Positions 1 to 13,901 are shown, counted from the first letter of the stretch. The stretch: 64,000 bases of DNA from the human T2T-CHM13v2.0 reference genome, Homo sapiens (GCA_009914755.4 CP086569.2:20608001-20672000), one strand, 5' to 3'. A program made the numbers and translations. The notes: generated by a model not told the origin, from the letters alone.

Positions 1-845
1 CTTCAGCAAAGTCTCAGGATACAAAATCAATGTGAAAAACACAAGCATTCCTATACATCAACAACAAGCAAGCCTAGAGTCAAATTATTAATGAACTCCT
101 ATTAGCAAATGCTACAAAGAGAATAAAATATCCAGGAAAATGGCTAACAAGGGAAGTGAAGGACCTCTTCAGGGAGAACACAAGCCACTGCTCAAGGAAA
201 TCAGAGGGGACAGAAACAAATGCAAAAACATTCCATGCTCATGGATTGAAGAGTCAGTATTATGATTCTTACTGGGCATACACCCCAAGGAATATAAATT
301 ATTCTTTTATACAGATACATGCACATGTATGTTCACTGCAGCACTGTTCACAACAGCAAAGACATAGTATCAACCCAAATGCCCATAAATGATAGACTAA
401 ATAAAATGCGGTACATATACACCGTGGAATGCTATACAGCCATAAAAAGTACAAGATCACATCCTTTATAGGGACACGGATGGACTTGGAAGCCGTTTTC
501 CTCAGCAAACTAATGCAGGAACAGGAAACCAAACACTGCATATTCTCACAAGTGGCGGGTGAATGGTAAGAACACATGGGTGGGGACAGGGGAATAACAC
601 ACATGGGGACCTGTCAGTGCAAGGGGTTCCGGCATCAGGGAGGGAGAGCATCAGGAGGAATTAATGCATGCAGGCCTTAATACCCAGGTGATGGAACGAT
701 GTGTGCTGCAAACCGCCATGGCACATGTTTACCTATGTAACAAACGTGCACATCCTGTACATGTACCCCAGAACTTAAAAGTTGAAGGAAAAAAGCAAGG
801 TTATATGCAGAGAAATAAATATTTTAAAAAAAGAACACCAGTTAA
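1..845 (+). mobile_element. L1 (LINE-1) 3' portion, + orientation, truncated and rearranged (ORF2 C-terminus plus 3'UTR, A-rich end)
   Basis: Translations give L1 ORF2 C-terminal motifs (…KNTSIPIHQQQ…, MQIH…TAKT…). It carries the typical L1 3'UTR (ggtacatgtaccccagaacttaaaag). Confidence 0.7.
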
Positions 846-1467
846 TAGGGTGCACAATACTTGAAATTACAAGGCAGTACAATCACATTATATTCCTCTG
901 ATAAGAAAAAAATAATAGTTTTAAGACATACTATGCCTTTGAATATCTTAAAAAAACTGTCATTGTTTTCCAAATGCTACTACAGTCCCTCTGATGTTTT
1001 TTGATGCTTTCCCATTTTCCTAAATCCCATTTTCTTTGAGAGAAAATAGAGAGAAAAATAGTGTCTTTCATGTATATAATGGCATTAAAAGTTGATAAAA
1101 CTTAAGTACTTGCATATGTATTATTTCATCTGATTTGCCAACATTTTCCACAGCACTGTAAGCTTTTGGAGGGCAGAAATACTTTCCTATTCTTCGAGAG
1201 GCTTACAGAGAGCAGACCTCTGGCAATGCACCCTGTGAAGTAGGCAGAGTAGAATTAATTCCATTGAGTGAATCCTGTGTTACAGGGAAAACAGACACCA
1301 TTTTTCTTACTGGCTTATGAGAATCATAGCATCTGCGAGCTGAACATCATTATCTTGAGGATGAATGAAAACAGGTAGGAGAATGTTCTTGTTCTTAGGA
1401 GATAATTAAGAAGTTAGGAGTGAATTACATGGTTTTTGGAACTTCCTTACAAATGGTTCATCAAAAA

Positions 1468-1552
1468 ATGTGTGTGTGTGTTATGTGTGTGTGTTCATGC
1501 ATGTAAGAGGGAGAGAGAAAGAGAGTGAGAGAGAGAGAGAAGTGAGTCCATG
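1468..1552. repeat. Compound microsatellite (TG)n followed by (GA)n
   Basis: gtgtgtgtgtgttatgtgtgtgtg … gagagagaaagagagtgagagagagagagaag. Confidence 0.9.
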
Positions 1553-3969
1553 GGCACAGAATATTAACTGGTACATCTATGTGAAGGACAGAGATGTTCA
1601 TTGTCCTGTTCAAATTATGAAATCTTGAAACTTTTCAAAATAAAAAACTGGGTGAAGAAAAAAATCTGATGGCATGTTAGATGAATAAAGATTATCTTAT
1701 TGGAAACTGGAGAAAGGCCATCCTGGTTAGAAAGTGGCAATGAACTTGGCAGAGTTTTGTGTCCTAGTGTTTCTGAAGGGCAGAAATGAACAGTGATGAA
1801 ACTAACACATGTGGAAGAAGTAACTAAGCAAAGGGTTAAGGGTGTGGCATGGTTCTCATGATTGCTTACAGTAAAATGTGAGGAGAAATAAATTAAAGAT
1901 CAAATTTGTAACTGAAAAAGAAGCAGAACTTAAAGATTTGGAAAGTTCTCAGCTGGGCCATGTTAAGAATGAAAAAGCGTGTTCAGGAGAAAATAGGCGT
2001 GTGTCCATGGGAACATTTTGTTAAGATTAGCAGACATAAGGGAGTCAGATGGTATTCATCCTAACAAGAATTACCATAAAATATTTTGGAGTTCTTTGAT
2101 GTCATACCCATCACAGGCCCAGAGTGTTAGTTAGGGTCTTGAAAGTTGACAGTTTTAAAGGGGAGGCCCAAAGTGCCCTTGGACGTGGGGCTCACTGCAC
2201 AGTACCACCCTAAACCTTGATTTCCGAAATTCTGGTGCAGCACTCCTTGGCTCTATTAGCTGTGGCTGAAATGGGCCCAGGTATGGCGCAGGTCCCTCCA
2301 GAAGTTTATGCTGTGTATGTTTACAACGTGAACTGTGAGCAATATATTTAAGTTTATAAATTGCCCAGTCTGATATATTTTTTTCTCACAGCAGAAGAGA
2401 CCAAGACAGCTGGCTTACCAGTGGTAAAGTTTTATTACAATTTTTTTAAACCAAGATTCAATTTTTTTCTGAATTAGAATTATCGCAGAGAACACTGAAT
2501 GGCCTATGAAATTCAATTTTTGCTGCAGATTTCGTCATGTTTCTTAATGAACATATAACTAACTTCTAATCACAAGATAAATTCTTGCCTATGTGCAAAA
2601 ACTTAGTGCTGCATCCTTGTGTATGGTTTTAAAAAGTGTCAAAACTGGCCCCTCATGTCAAATACAGCCCCAATTAGGGGAGGCAACCTAAGAAAGGTGT
2701 ACAACTGTCCTGACATTGGATTGCCTGCTTACTGTGAAGTATGTGAACAATTTGTGACTCAGAACTTTAGTGAGATTTTTATAGGCAGAAGTTCTCATCA
2801 TGCCTCATCAGAATTTTCCGTTAACAAGTGTCAGAGAATCTGTAATGGCTTGAGAATCATGACTTTCCTCCTATTTATGGAAGAGGAGAAAAAAGAAATT
2901 TCGAAGACAATTCTCAGATTTAGATAAATTATCTCAGGATTTTCTATATATTTTACCTGGTCCCTATGGTGTGGTAAGGTAAAGTACACTGTACTTGGAC
3001 AGGTGAAGCAATTTCTACTCTACTAGGTCATCACCAAGCATAGCTTTGTTACTGGGAAAGCTAATTATAGTTCCCTATGACAGTATCAAAGAAAGAAAGA
3101 GGTGAAAAGAGTAGACAATAAGGAAGGTAGGTATGATTATAGGCATGAGAAATGCTATGGGTAATAACGTGTTCTACACTGACTCAAGTCAGCAAGGAGT
3201 AGGTGGAAAAGCGAGAGATTCAATCCAGGATGACAGAATGCGTTCACCTTTAAAGGGATTAAAAGAAGTATAATACAGTCTGTATTATTAGATCACCCAG
3301 AGACACACAAAACAAGAACCGTGAATTGAATTAGTGGTATACTAATAGAGTGGTTTTACCTGAAATATTTACACATCAATCCTACTGAATTCTTACAACA
3401 AATGATTTAGATTAGCTATTGTATTCACCAGTTGAAAGAACAGAAAATATTGAGGGAGATAACTTGTGTCAGTGCAACTTAATCAGATTTAGGACACAAA
3501 AGCTACTACATAATGAAAAAGAGAGCTGGTGACTTAACTTGCTAAAACAATCTGAAAAACAAAAAAGTGAGATGAATCTGTCTACCCTGATGTAAGACTT
3601 ATTATAAAGCGACTGTAACCAAGACATTGTGATCTGGCCACAGGGGACAGACACATAGTTAAATGATGCAATGCAACAAGTTAACTCAGATATTGGCACA
3701 TGCAAGTCCAGCCAACAGATTTTCAATAAAAAGCACAAAGCAATTAAGTGTAGGACAGGTAAGTTTTCTATTGCTGGTGCTGGGTCAACTGGACATCCTT
3801 TGAGAAAACATTAACCTTGGCCTAAGTCTCATGTATGTTTTCTAAGTAAAATTTACCCTTCCCCACTGCCCCGAAAAAGACTATTAAAAATTACGTTGAC
3901 CCATGCTACTGTTGTTTCCTAACCTCAGTCCTTCACTCGTACAATTTAAGAAGTTCAAATCATATTCAT

Positions 3970-4544
3970 AGTATCCAAACATACTCATTGTTTTATTTTT
4001 AACAAAAGAAATGAAATTAAAGATAGACCACAGGTAGAGTCATGAAATTCTTGTTTTTCCCTATTCTTTTTGGTAATTACAACGTACATTGTCTTCTTTT
4101 ATAATAAGACCCAAGGGGAGAAAAGAAAAGGATGTACAATGAAGGTACAAGTTTTGAAGCACCAAAATATTTTATGACAGGGACAAAAAAACAAAAAACA
4201 AACAAAAATTGAAGTACAGAAAGAGGGTGGTGGGGGCAAAAATAAAGGTACGCACTTGGGCTTCCTCAAGATTTGTTTGTCCCTATTCAGACTAGAATGA
4301 AACTGGTTTAGGAAATCACTCCTGTATGCTAGCAGGAATGTTGCTGGCAAGACACTTCTGAGCATCGGGGTGTGGACTTTACGAACCAACCTTTTAACAG
4401 TAACTCTAGGAGAGAGGATATCAAAAATTGGCAGTGAAAAATTATAGATAGGCAAAAAGCTCCTTCTGAGGTCCAGGCCAGGAGATAGTAGGATTTAAGA
4501 AACAAACAAACAAAAACAACCACAAATGACCTTTGGTGCCACTG
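3970..4544 (-). other. KDM5D: Probable KDM5D 3'UTR up to the first canonical polyadenylation signal (AATAAA on minus = tttatt at 3992-3997)
   Basis: The first AATAAA on the minus strand downstream of the stop codon is at 3992-3997. There is an alternative farther signal at 2431-2436. No EST or polyA evidence is available, so the extent is an inference. Confidence 0.35.
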
Positions 4545-4895
4545 TCACAACTGTTGCTCATCAGAGTAGGAGAGTTGTAGCAAAGGCATTAAAGAAGGAC
4601 AAGCAGCTGAAGAGCCTGAATCCTTGTGTTGTAAGCTATTTTGGTTTCCTTTCAAGAAAGGGCTGTGGTCTGTGGAAGGTGTCAGGAACATATTTTCACG
4701 GTCTGCTTTCTCCTGATAATGTTCTTCTTCTCGGCCCACCTGAGACATAATCCCTGAGCTCCGAGCCCTTTTTGACTGAAGCTCCTGTTGAACAAGATTC
4801 TCAACGTTTCTACCCTGATCCACCTTCTGCCGCCGCCGTCGCCTCTCCAGAGCCCGGCTCCTTGTCCGACTCCCTTGATGTTCAAATTTTTCCAG
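4545..4895 (-). CDS. KDM5D: KDM5D terminal coding exon 26, coding part ([27 protein letters not shown]...[13 protein letters not shown]). The 3'UTR continues to lower coordinates.
   Basis: Acceptor ctgcag|CTGGAAAAA; the ORF runs to TGA at 4545-4547, and 351 nt gives 116 aa plus stop. It matches the minus ORF 4545..4901. The C-terminus is strongly diverged from the KDM5C sequence as I recall it, which supports the Y-copy assignment. Confidence 0.88.
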   Translation of the reverse strand: MEKFEHQGSRTRSRALERRRRRQKVDQGRNVENLVQQELQSKRARSSGIMSQVGREEEHYQEKADRENMFLTPSTDHSPFLKGNQNSLQHKDSGSSAACPSLMPLLQLSYSDEQQL

Positions 4896-4990
4896 CTGCA
4901 ATCATACCCACACAAGGCGAAAAACGTCAGTACTGGGATCCCTGCCTGCTGGACCTGATCTCCTGCCCTGCCTGTGACCCCGCTTCCTAC

Positions 4991-5190
4991 CTCCAGAAGT
5001 GTGCGAATTCTGTCCAGGTCTGGAGGCTGTCCAGCCTGCAGCAGCTGCCAGATGCTGTGGTTCTCATCCAGGGTCACCTCAAGCAGGTCCCCTTCCATCA
5101 TGAGCTCCTCCAGGGGAGCCCGGATTGCCTCAGGCAGCTCCAACACAGGGCCAGTCAACTGCGGCAACAGTGAGGACAGTAGCTCCAGGT
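4991..5190 (-). CDS. KDM5D: KDM5D coding exon 25 ((D)[66 protein letters not shown])
   Basis: Acceptor cgcccag|ACCTGGAGC; donor GAG|gtagga; 200 nt (2+198). It is part of the minus ORF 4682..5290. Confidence 0.84.
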
Positions 5191-5343
5191 CTGGGCGGAA
5201 GGTGGTGCGGTGAAAGGTGCAGGGACAGACTGGGTTAGAGGCCACTCTTGGTCTTATCCTCCATGGCCACAACAGAGGTGACAAATACATGGGTCACTCA
5301 GTTATGTTTAGCCAACAGCCTACCCAAACCACACCTGTCTTAC

Positions 5344-5413
5344 CAGAGCCCTTTCCTGGAGCCATGTTCTCAGGACTGGTCACACTGTCTCCATTCTCCA
5401 GCAGCCCTTGGAC
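5344..5413 (-). CDS. KDM5D: KDM5D coding exon 24 ([23 protein letters not shown] + 1 nt)
   Basis: Acceptor cgatag|GTCCAAGGG; donor TCT G|gtaaga; 70 nt. Confidence 0.82.
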
Positions 5414-5696
5414 CTATCGGAAAAAAAGAATGGGTAACAATAATTGAGCTGATGAACCAGGTCCTATCTTTCCTCCCACAACTCCAAAACTTGGGAGCCT
5501 CTATCTCCTGAAGCAGAGTAGACACAGGCTTCCAACAGGGATCAGAGTTTAGGGATCTGGATAGGTATAGAATGGAGCAAAGGGACTAGGCCAAAGGAGA
5601 TTGAAAACTGGGGAACAGGGACAAGACTGGAGCTACAAGAAGGACAGGGGCTAGAAGACAGAAATATGAGGACAATGGCTGGCCTGGAAAGCTCAC

Positions 5697-6296
5697 CTTA
5701 GAAATATTGTTGCCACTGCCTTCTCTGATAGGGTCACAGGCAGTGGCTGAAGTGTAGACTGAGGCCTCCTCTGGTCTGGGTTTGGCCTGTAGCTGTTGGC
5801 GAAGCTCAGCCAGCTGTCGCAACAGAGCAGTCACATCTTCAGAGGCCAGAGCCTTTCTGGCACGGTCTTGCCAGCCAATGGCCCTCTCTGTGAGACACTG
5901 AAGGGCCTCACCCTCAGGCAGCCGCACGGGCAGCCTCTGCAGGGCAACCAGCAAGGCTAGGATTGTCTCTAGGCGTGGCCGTCGTGAGCGCATACACAGT
6001 GGACACAGGAATTTTGTGTCCCATTCCCACCAGGCTAGCAGTGGAGATGAAGTGAGACTGGGCTTTGGAGAGGTGAGGAGATGGGGCACTGACACACACT
6101 GCCCATGGAACCAGTCCTGACACAGGTCACACTGCAGAACTCCCACCCCAGCTGGCACCTGCCCACACACACAGATAGAAGTCGGAGAAGAGGCCATGAG
6201 GGATGGTGCCAGTGGACTGGGCTTGGCTGAGTTGGTGCGACGCAGCTGCAGGATACCCTCCTTCTCCTTCTGTTCCCCTTCCTTGAAGGCCACAAT
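5697..6296 (-). CDS. KDM5D: KDM5D coding exon 23 ([14 protein letters not shown]...[31 protein letters not shown]...FLCPLCMRS...[13 protein letters not shown]; 200 aa, includes PHD finger 2)
   Basis: Acceptor atggcag|ATTGTGGCC; donor AAG|gtgagc; 600 nt. It matches the minus ORF 5586..6293. Confidence 0.88.
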
Positions 6297-6483
6297 CTGC
6301 CATATCCAGAAGAGGGGGAAAGTAGGTCAGCAGTCCACCCTCGCCCTTGTCTGGCATCCTAATGCCCAGCTCCCAAACCAGGAGACCTGTAACAGGGCTC
6401 AGACACCCTATCATCAGCAGCTCTCCTCTTTTCAGAGAGAAACCCAGAACCCATCTTTTCCCCATCTGGGCCATGCTCCTTAC

Positions 6484-6621
6484 CACAGAGCCTGGGTCTC
6501 TGAGGTCCTGTGCAGACAGCCCCAGCAGCTCTGTGTCACACTGGTACAACCCCAGCGCCTTCTCCATCCACCGGCTACGCTTGGTGCTGTCTGAGCCAGC
6601 GTCTGCACACGGGCAAAGCAC
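6484..6621 (-). CDS. KDM5D: KDM5D coding exon 22 ([46 protein letters not shown])
   Basis: Acceptor cctcag|GTGCTTTGC; donor GTG|gtaagg; 138 nt. It is part of the minus ORF 6127..6642. Confidence 0.86.
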
Positions 6622-6715
6622 CTGAGGCAGGCAGGCAGACATACAGGAAATGACCAGGCTTCCCTCACCAACTACACCCTCTCCTTCCTACCCAGGTGCC
6701 CACTAAAAAAATCTA

Positions 6716-6994
<279 letters not shown>

Positions 6995-7382
6995 TTATTT
7001 AAATTATGTCAACAATATTGTGTCTAAATTTGTCCTAAGTAATACTGGGTATTATACTGCATAATCCCAGGGCTGAAAATCTGGAGATGTTTTCTGCAAC
7101 AGAAAAATGTGATAGAAACTCTTTTCTCTCAGAACTCCTACTTTAATTGGCTCAGACCAAAAATTCCACATATGCAAGTTACTCTGTTGTAACCTGCTTC
7201 CTCTGTACACTTCTATATATCAATAGTCTCTGCTTAGGTATACACCCATATTCATGCTTCTCTTCCCTTGGTTCCTATTCTGACACGCTCAGGTACCTCA
7301 AGGAATCCTCCAACTTCCCACCTTCACTTTCTAGCACAACCCAACCGAGTAAAAACTATAAAGTATATCTATCTCTCTTCTA

Positions 7383-7589
<207 letters not shown>

Positions 7590-8000
7590 CTATCATTACA
7601 TGTTACAGGTATACATGCCCCTTTTCTAAGTCCTAGGTTTCCTTGCTAAAAACATAAGCAATAAAAAGTGTTGCATGACAAAGTAAGGAAGCCACACTGA
7701 GGAACTCTCTAACATTGCAGGGGGCTATATAGATCTCTTGTAAGTCACATGCTGCATCCATTCACCTGAGAACTAAGTCATCCAAGAACATTTCCCCAAT
7801 TGTTGCCTTTACAACAGTGAAACATCAACATGACATGTCATATAGATGGGAGTACATGATATGTCATGCCAATCCTTTAGAGTTTAGTAGATGCCCAACT
7901 GGGAGTCTGTTGCCCAAGGGTCACCATAGAAATACTTAGGGTCACCCCAAAACTTTGAGGATTATAGTCAAGATACAGACAGGGAGAGACTACGCCCCAC

Positions 8001-8359
8001 CTGGCCTCCAGGCAGAAATGAGCCTTTTCTTCCCAGCGCTCTGCAATGGTCAGTAGTTCTTGCAGCTCAGCCCGGGCCTTGTCCACAGAAGGGCTGGAGG
8101 CTATCTTGGCACCCATAACCAAAAGCCCCTGCATGATGACCAGAGAGCCCCTGTGAGCAGAAGGGGCCAGGGCCTGCTTCACTTCATCTAGCCATTGCGC
8201 CTGCTCCACCTGCTGCTGAAGCTGATGGGCTTCAGGCACCTCTACACCCAGCTGCTGCCCCCTCTCCAACAGGGACCGCAATAGCCCTGGACTAGAGGGC
8301 AGTGTGGCCAGAGCCTCACGAGCCTCAGCTTGATAGGCCTCCACCTGTTCCAGGACATC
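8001..8359 (-). CDS. KDM5D: KDM5D coding exon 19 ([119 protein letters not shown] + 2 nt)
   Basis: Acceptor ttgcag|GATGTCCTG; donor GCC AG|gtgggg; 359 nt. It matches the minus ORF 7877..8452. It contains [11 protein letters not shown] at 8063-8095. Confidence 0.88.
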
Positions 8360-8925
8360 CTGCAAGGACATAGGATAAAATGCAGATTCTTTAGCCACAT
8401 AAATACTCAACCACCTAGATTTGCTCCACTTCTCATCTTCTCTTATAGGCATTTCCTATTGCTTAATACTTATTCTCAACCACATCCTAAAACATGATCT
8501 ATCTGATAATAACAAAGGCCCTCTGTTTACCTAGAATGACATTTTTCTCCTTTAATTACCTAAATTTCTTTTTCCAAACCCACTTTAATACAATCTTATC
8601 CATCTAGTAAGCTTTCTAAGACTCTGGTGTCTGGAGGGAAATCAACCAACCAACCAATCAGTCCTCTCCACCCCATTCCCAAGAGCCAGTGTCTTATGTA
8701 GGCCCAGTTTAGAGTTTTTAATTATTTCAGTCTGGAAGGATATTTCCTTGCATGCTGTACACACAGAGATGGTATGGGAACACATATCTCCGCCACTTCC
8801 AGGAAAGAACCTGTTATTATGAGAAGGTTGTTTAGAATAATTAGGTTCTCAAGTTTTCCTGACATGTCAGACTTCCTGAGTATTTGCTGTTAACAAGAAT
8901 TCCACCTTTCCAGGCCCCTCCTTAC

Positions 8926-9022
8926 CTTGACATCCCCAATCTGATGCATGGCACAGGGCAGGCTGCCCATCTGCTCAAGAAGGACCCGGAGTTCAGTCAA
9001 GGTCAGCTGTGGAGTGTCCATC
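8926..9022 (-). CDS. KDM5D: KDM5D coding exon 18 ((R)[32 protein letters not shown])
   Basis: Acceptor cctatag|GATGGACAC; donor AAG|gtaagg; 97 nt (1+96). It restores phase 0 for exon 19. Confidence 0.82.
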
Positions 9023-9948
9023 CTATAGGAGCCAGAAGGAACACCTCGTAATGTCACATTTCAAACAATTTGAGACTTTTAATATACTTCCTTCCCTTTC
9101 ATATTTCAGTAATACCCACAAAGGTTTTTTTCTAAGTTCAGCGATACTGACAAGTTAAGATTTGAAAAAACACCCGTAGGCGTTTGACAGCAGTTAATAG
9201 AGACTACAGATATCAAAGTCAGAGAGTCCAGCTTCCTGAGAAAACGTTAACAGTATTAATCTGCTACCACTATGGCTACTAATACCATGCCACCACGGTA
9301 CTACCTGGCTAGTACCATTCCACAGAAGAACAGAAATAAATACAAATAGGTGGGGCAAGAGAAAAGAAACATGTGAAAAGGCCCCTGGATGGTTTAAGTT
9401 ATATTTTCATCAGTCATCCAGTTAAGAGTTAAAGAATGAGGAAGAGATGTAAAAACAGCCATTAGGATTCAGAAGTAGTAGCTTTCACAGTGAGACAAAA
9501 CATCTATTAAGCCAGAAACTGAAGTACAAATGCAATGGGAGGATTACGAAGAAAGGAGGGCTAAGTGATGATAAGTATGGTCAGAATAATAAATTTATTC
9601 TAGACAAGAAATGAGAGTTCATTATGTCAGAAGCAAAATAGTACTACAGGATGACAACTTCTGAGATTTACTCTTTGGTTCCAACTGCCTACAAGACAAA
9701 GAAAACTGAAGAGGCCAGGAAGTTAAATGCATGAGGAAAACTTGAGGCAGATTAAAATGGAAATGCAGGGCATGTTATTTGGGTATCATGGGTTCAATCT
9801 GGAAAAGCCTTATTTCTCCTGAACCACAGTAGGGAAAGGAGTTATCCAGAAAAGTGAAATTTATTCTAAAATTTTAAGTTTCCATGTTTTAAAGAGAGGC
9901 AGCAATGAGAAAAAAGGTTAAGAACAAGTAGGAAATACTGAAATAATG

Positions 9949-10340
<392 letters not shown>

Positions 10341-11509
10341 CTAGGTGGCACAGAAAAGCCAAAAAGGCAATCTAGCATCTCAATTATAGCTCAGGCTAAT
10401 AATTATGTGATGGACTATTTAAAAAGCTTCCTTATCAGTTTATTTAATTTAAATCAGACCATGCCACATCCTGTGGGACCCATCCTCCAAATAGGCCCAA
10501 AATAATAAATTTCAAATATCCATTCTGCTATGTACTTCTCCACTTCAAAATCTTTCTATGTTTTCTTAAAGTTTTTTGAAAAAATTACTTATATTCTCAA
10601 GTAGAAACTGGTTCAAATGTATACCCTTGCTTTAGAGTCTTGATACCTTTATTCTGACCCTTAAACCTAATGACAAAAAAATCCCTTCTTTATCTAAAAT
10701 TCCTTCCTACTAACACAGCTTTATTTTTTTTAAATAGAGTAGTTTATCTAAAATTCCTTCCTACTAACACAGCTTTATTATTTTTTATATAGAGTTTCTA
10801 CAAATACATGATTTAACATTGTCATGCACCACATGACATTTCAATGACAAATCACATGTATGATAGTGGGCCTGTAAGATTATAACAGTACTGAAACATT
10901 CCTATCACCTGCTGACATCGTAGCAGTTGTAAAGTAGCAACACATTCCTCATGTGTCTGTGGTGATGCTGATATAAACAACCCAATGCACTGTCCATCAT
11001 GTAAGAATCTGTCTAGCACATGCATCACATAATACCTGATAACAAACAGCCATATACTGGTTAATGCTTGACACCACATTTTTCTAAACTATTATTTTAG
11101 AATATACTCCTACTATAAACAAAAGTTAACTGTCAGGCAGCCTCAAAAGTATTTCAGGAAGTATTCCAGGAAGTGGCATGGTTATCTTAACAGATCCCTT
11201 TCTACGTGTGTCAGTGCCCTGAAGACCTTCCACTAAAATAAGATATAGATGGGGGAAGATGGTAACATTCAGAATCTGACTCTGTGTAGGCCTAGGCCAA
11301 TGTGTGTCTTTACATCTTAGATTTTAACAAAAATGTTTAAAATGGAAAACAAACTTAAAAATTGTTTACACAGAAAAGTTTACAGAATGACAATATGAGG
11401 AAAGAAAATATTTTTGTACAACTCTATGATGCATTTGTGTTTTAAGCTAACCATTATTAGAAAAGAGTAAAACATTCAAATAGAAATTAAATGTTTACAA
11501 AAACAGTTT

Positions 11510-12885
11510 ACAAAAACAGACTCATAGACCAATGAAACATGATAGAAAGCCCAGAAATGAGGATGCGTACCTACAACCATCTGATCTTTGACAAAGCTGA
11601 CAAAAACAAGCAATGGGGAAAGGACTCCCTAATTAGTATATCCTGTTGAGAAATCTGGCTGAGCCATATGCAGAAAACTGAAACAGGACCCCTGCCATGT
11701 ACCTTATACAAACATCAGTTCAAGATGGATTAAAGACATAAATTTAAAACCTGAAACCATAAATGCCCTGGAAGACAACTGGACACAGGCATGGGCAAAG
11801 ATTTCACAATGGAGACGCCAAAAGCAACTGCGGCAAAAGCAAAAATTGACACGAGTCCTAATTAAAGAGCTCCTGTACAAAGAAACTGTCTACACACAGG
11901 GTAAACAGACAACCTACAGAATGGGAGAAAGCTTCTGCAAATTATACATCTGACAAGGGTCTAATATCCAGCATCTATAAAGGAACCTAATCAAATTTAC
12001 AAGAAGAAAACAACCCCATTACAAAGTGGGCAAAGGACATAAACAGACACTTTTCAAACGGAGACATACATGCAGCCAACAGATATATGAAAAAAAGCTC
12101 AGCATCAGTGATCATTAGAGAAATGCAAAACAAAACCACAGTGAGGTACCACCTGATAACACCTGTCAGAATGGCAATTATGAAAGTCAGGAAATAGCAG
12201 GTGTTGGTGAGGTGGCGGAGAAAAAGTAACTGCTATACAGGGTTGGCGGGAGTGTAAAATTAGTTCAACCATTGTGGAAGACAGTGTGGCAATTCCTCAA
12301 AGATCTAGAGGCAGAAATACCGTTTGACCCAGCTAACCCATTACTGGGTATATACCCAAAGGTATATAAATTGTTCTATCATGAAGACATATGCACGTGT
12401 TATGTTCACTGTAGCACCATTCACAAAAGCAAAGACATGAAATCAACCTAAATGACCATTAATGATAGACTGGATAAAGAAAAACTGGTACATATACACC
12501 ATGGAATTACAATGCAGATATTACAAGAACAGGATCATGCCCTTTGAAGAAACATGGATGGAGCTGGAGGCCATTATCCTTAGCAAACTAACACAGGAAG
12601 AGAAAATCAAATACCACATGTTCTCACTAATATGTGTAAGATAAATGATGAGAACACATGGACGCACGCATAGAGGGAACAGCACATACTGGGGACTATC
12701 ACCGAGTAGAAGGTGGGAGGAGAGAGAGGATCAGGAGAAATAACTAAGGGGTACTGAATGTAATACCTGGGTGATAAAACCCCTATGTACATGGGGTTAA
12801 CAAACCCCCATGACACAAATGTACCTATATAACAAACCTGCACATGTACCCTGAAAAAAAGTTTTAAAAATTTACAGTAGCTGAG
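11510..12885 (+). mobile_element. L1 3' fragment (ORF2 C-terminus plus 3'UTR), + orientation, antisense to KDM5D
   Basis: Contains L1 ORF2 C-terminal sequence (…[14 protein letters not shown]…, PLLGIYPK, MDGAGGHYP…) and the L1 3'UTR tail (acaaacctgcacatgtaccctgaaaaaaag). Confidence 0.75.
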
Positions 12886-13689
12886 GCTAATTTACTATCT
12901 CTTTTTAAGATACCGTTATATAAATTTAACAAAGCCAAAGTGTAAAGCGTTTATTAGGTCTACAGTAGTGTACAGTCATGTCCAAGGTCTTCACATTCTC
13001 TTACCAGTCGGTTCCTCACCCAGAGAAACTTCCTGTCTTGCAAGTTTCATTCATGGTAAGTGCCCCATATTTTATGTCTTCCACAATTCTTTTATTGTAG
13101 TAATTCTACATTTGCGTATTTTGATACACAAATACTCACCAGTGTTACAACTGACAACAATATTCAGTACAGTATCACGCTGTGCAGGTTTGCAGGCTAG
13201 GAACAACAGGCTCTATCACACAGCCTAGGTGTGTAGGAGGTCACAGCATCCAGGTTTATGTAAGTAGACGGTGCGTATGCAGCAATGACAAAACCGCCTA
13301 ATGACGCTTTTCTCCTAACACATCTCCATCATTAAGTGATGCCTGACTGTACATAATCACTTACTTTTCAATCTAAAAACTATATGTATCTATTGTCTTA
13401 CACATTTGGAAACTAACAGTTAAATAAATTTCTAGGATTATTTTAACCTCTGAAGTTTTACCTAACTACACAGCCAAAAGTAAAGTTTGTGGAAATTCCG
13501 ATGTCTGCATAACGCTATGAGATTTCCTAAGAAGTAGGAAAAAACTGCAATTTTGCTAGTATATATTTATATCTTATTGCCACATTATTTTGTTAGAAAC
13601 TTTAGTTCAGTAATTTCTAGTTTCTATTATACTGCTTTTTGTCCATGTGTTATCTACTCTTTCTCAGTAAAATCTGAGTCTGTGCTTCT

Positions 13690-13833
<144 letters not shown>

Positions 13834-13901
13834 TAGTCTATCCATTTTTGTTATTCATTTTCACACACTGACACCCTTCTTTGCCTTCTCCTCTCACGTA
13901 C

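Noticed and set aside
2619-2927. ORF 2619..2927 (+, 102 aa) downstream of KDM5D as a small gene
   Set aside because: No recognisable homology, splice context or promoter. The composition is typical of random ORFs in AT-rich unique sequence, and it lies within the possible extended 3'UTR/downstream region of KDM5D.
4772-5213. Plus-strand ORFs 4772..5173 (133 aa) and 4974..5213 as an antisense gene
   Set aside because: They lie antisense to the GC-rich KDM5D exons 25 and 26. There is no start context or homology. Open antisense frames are expected in GC-rich coding DNA.
4682-5290. A 202-aa minus-strand ORF (4682..5290) as a single coding unit
   Set aside because: Only its middle part (4991-5190) is real coding exon 25. 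The ORF reads through the GT donor at 4990 into the intron and starts upstream of the AG acceptor at 5191. The correct continuation is exon 26 at 4545-4895 in a different frame.
6127-6642. A 171-aa minus-strand ORF (6127..6642) and overlapping + strand ORFs (6196..6594, 6347..6625)
   Set aside because: The minus ORF contains exon 22 (6484-6621) plus intron read-through. The + strand ORFs are antisense artefacts of a GC-rich coding region.
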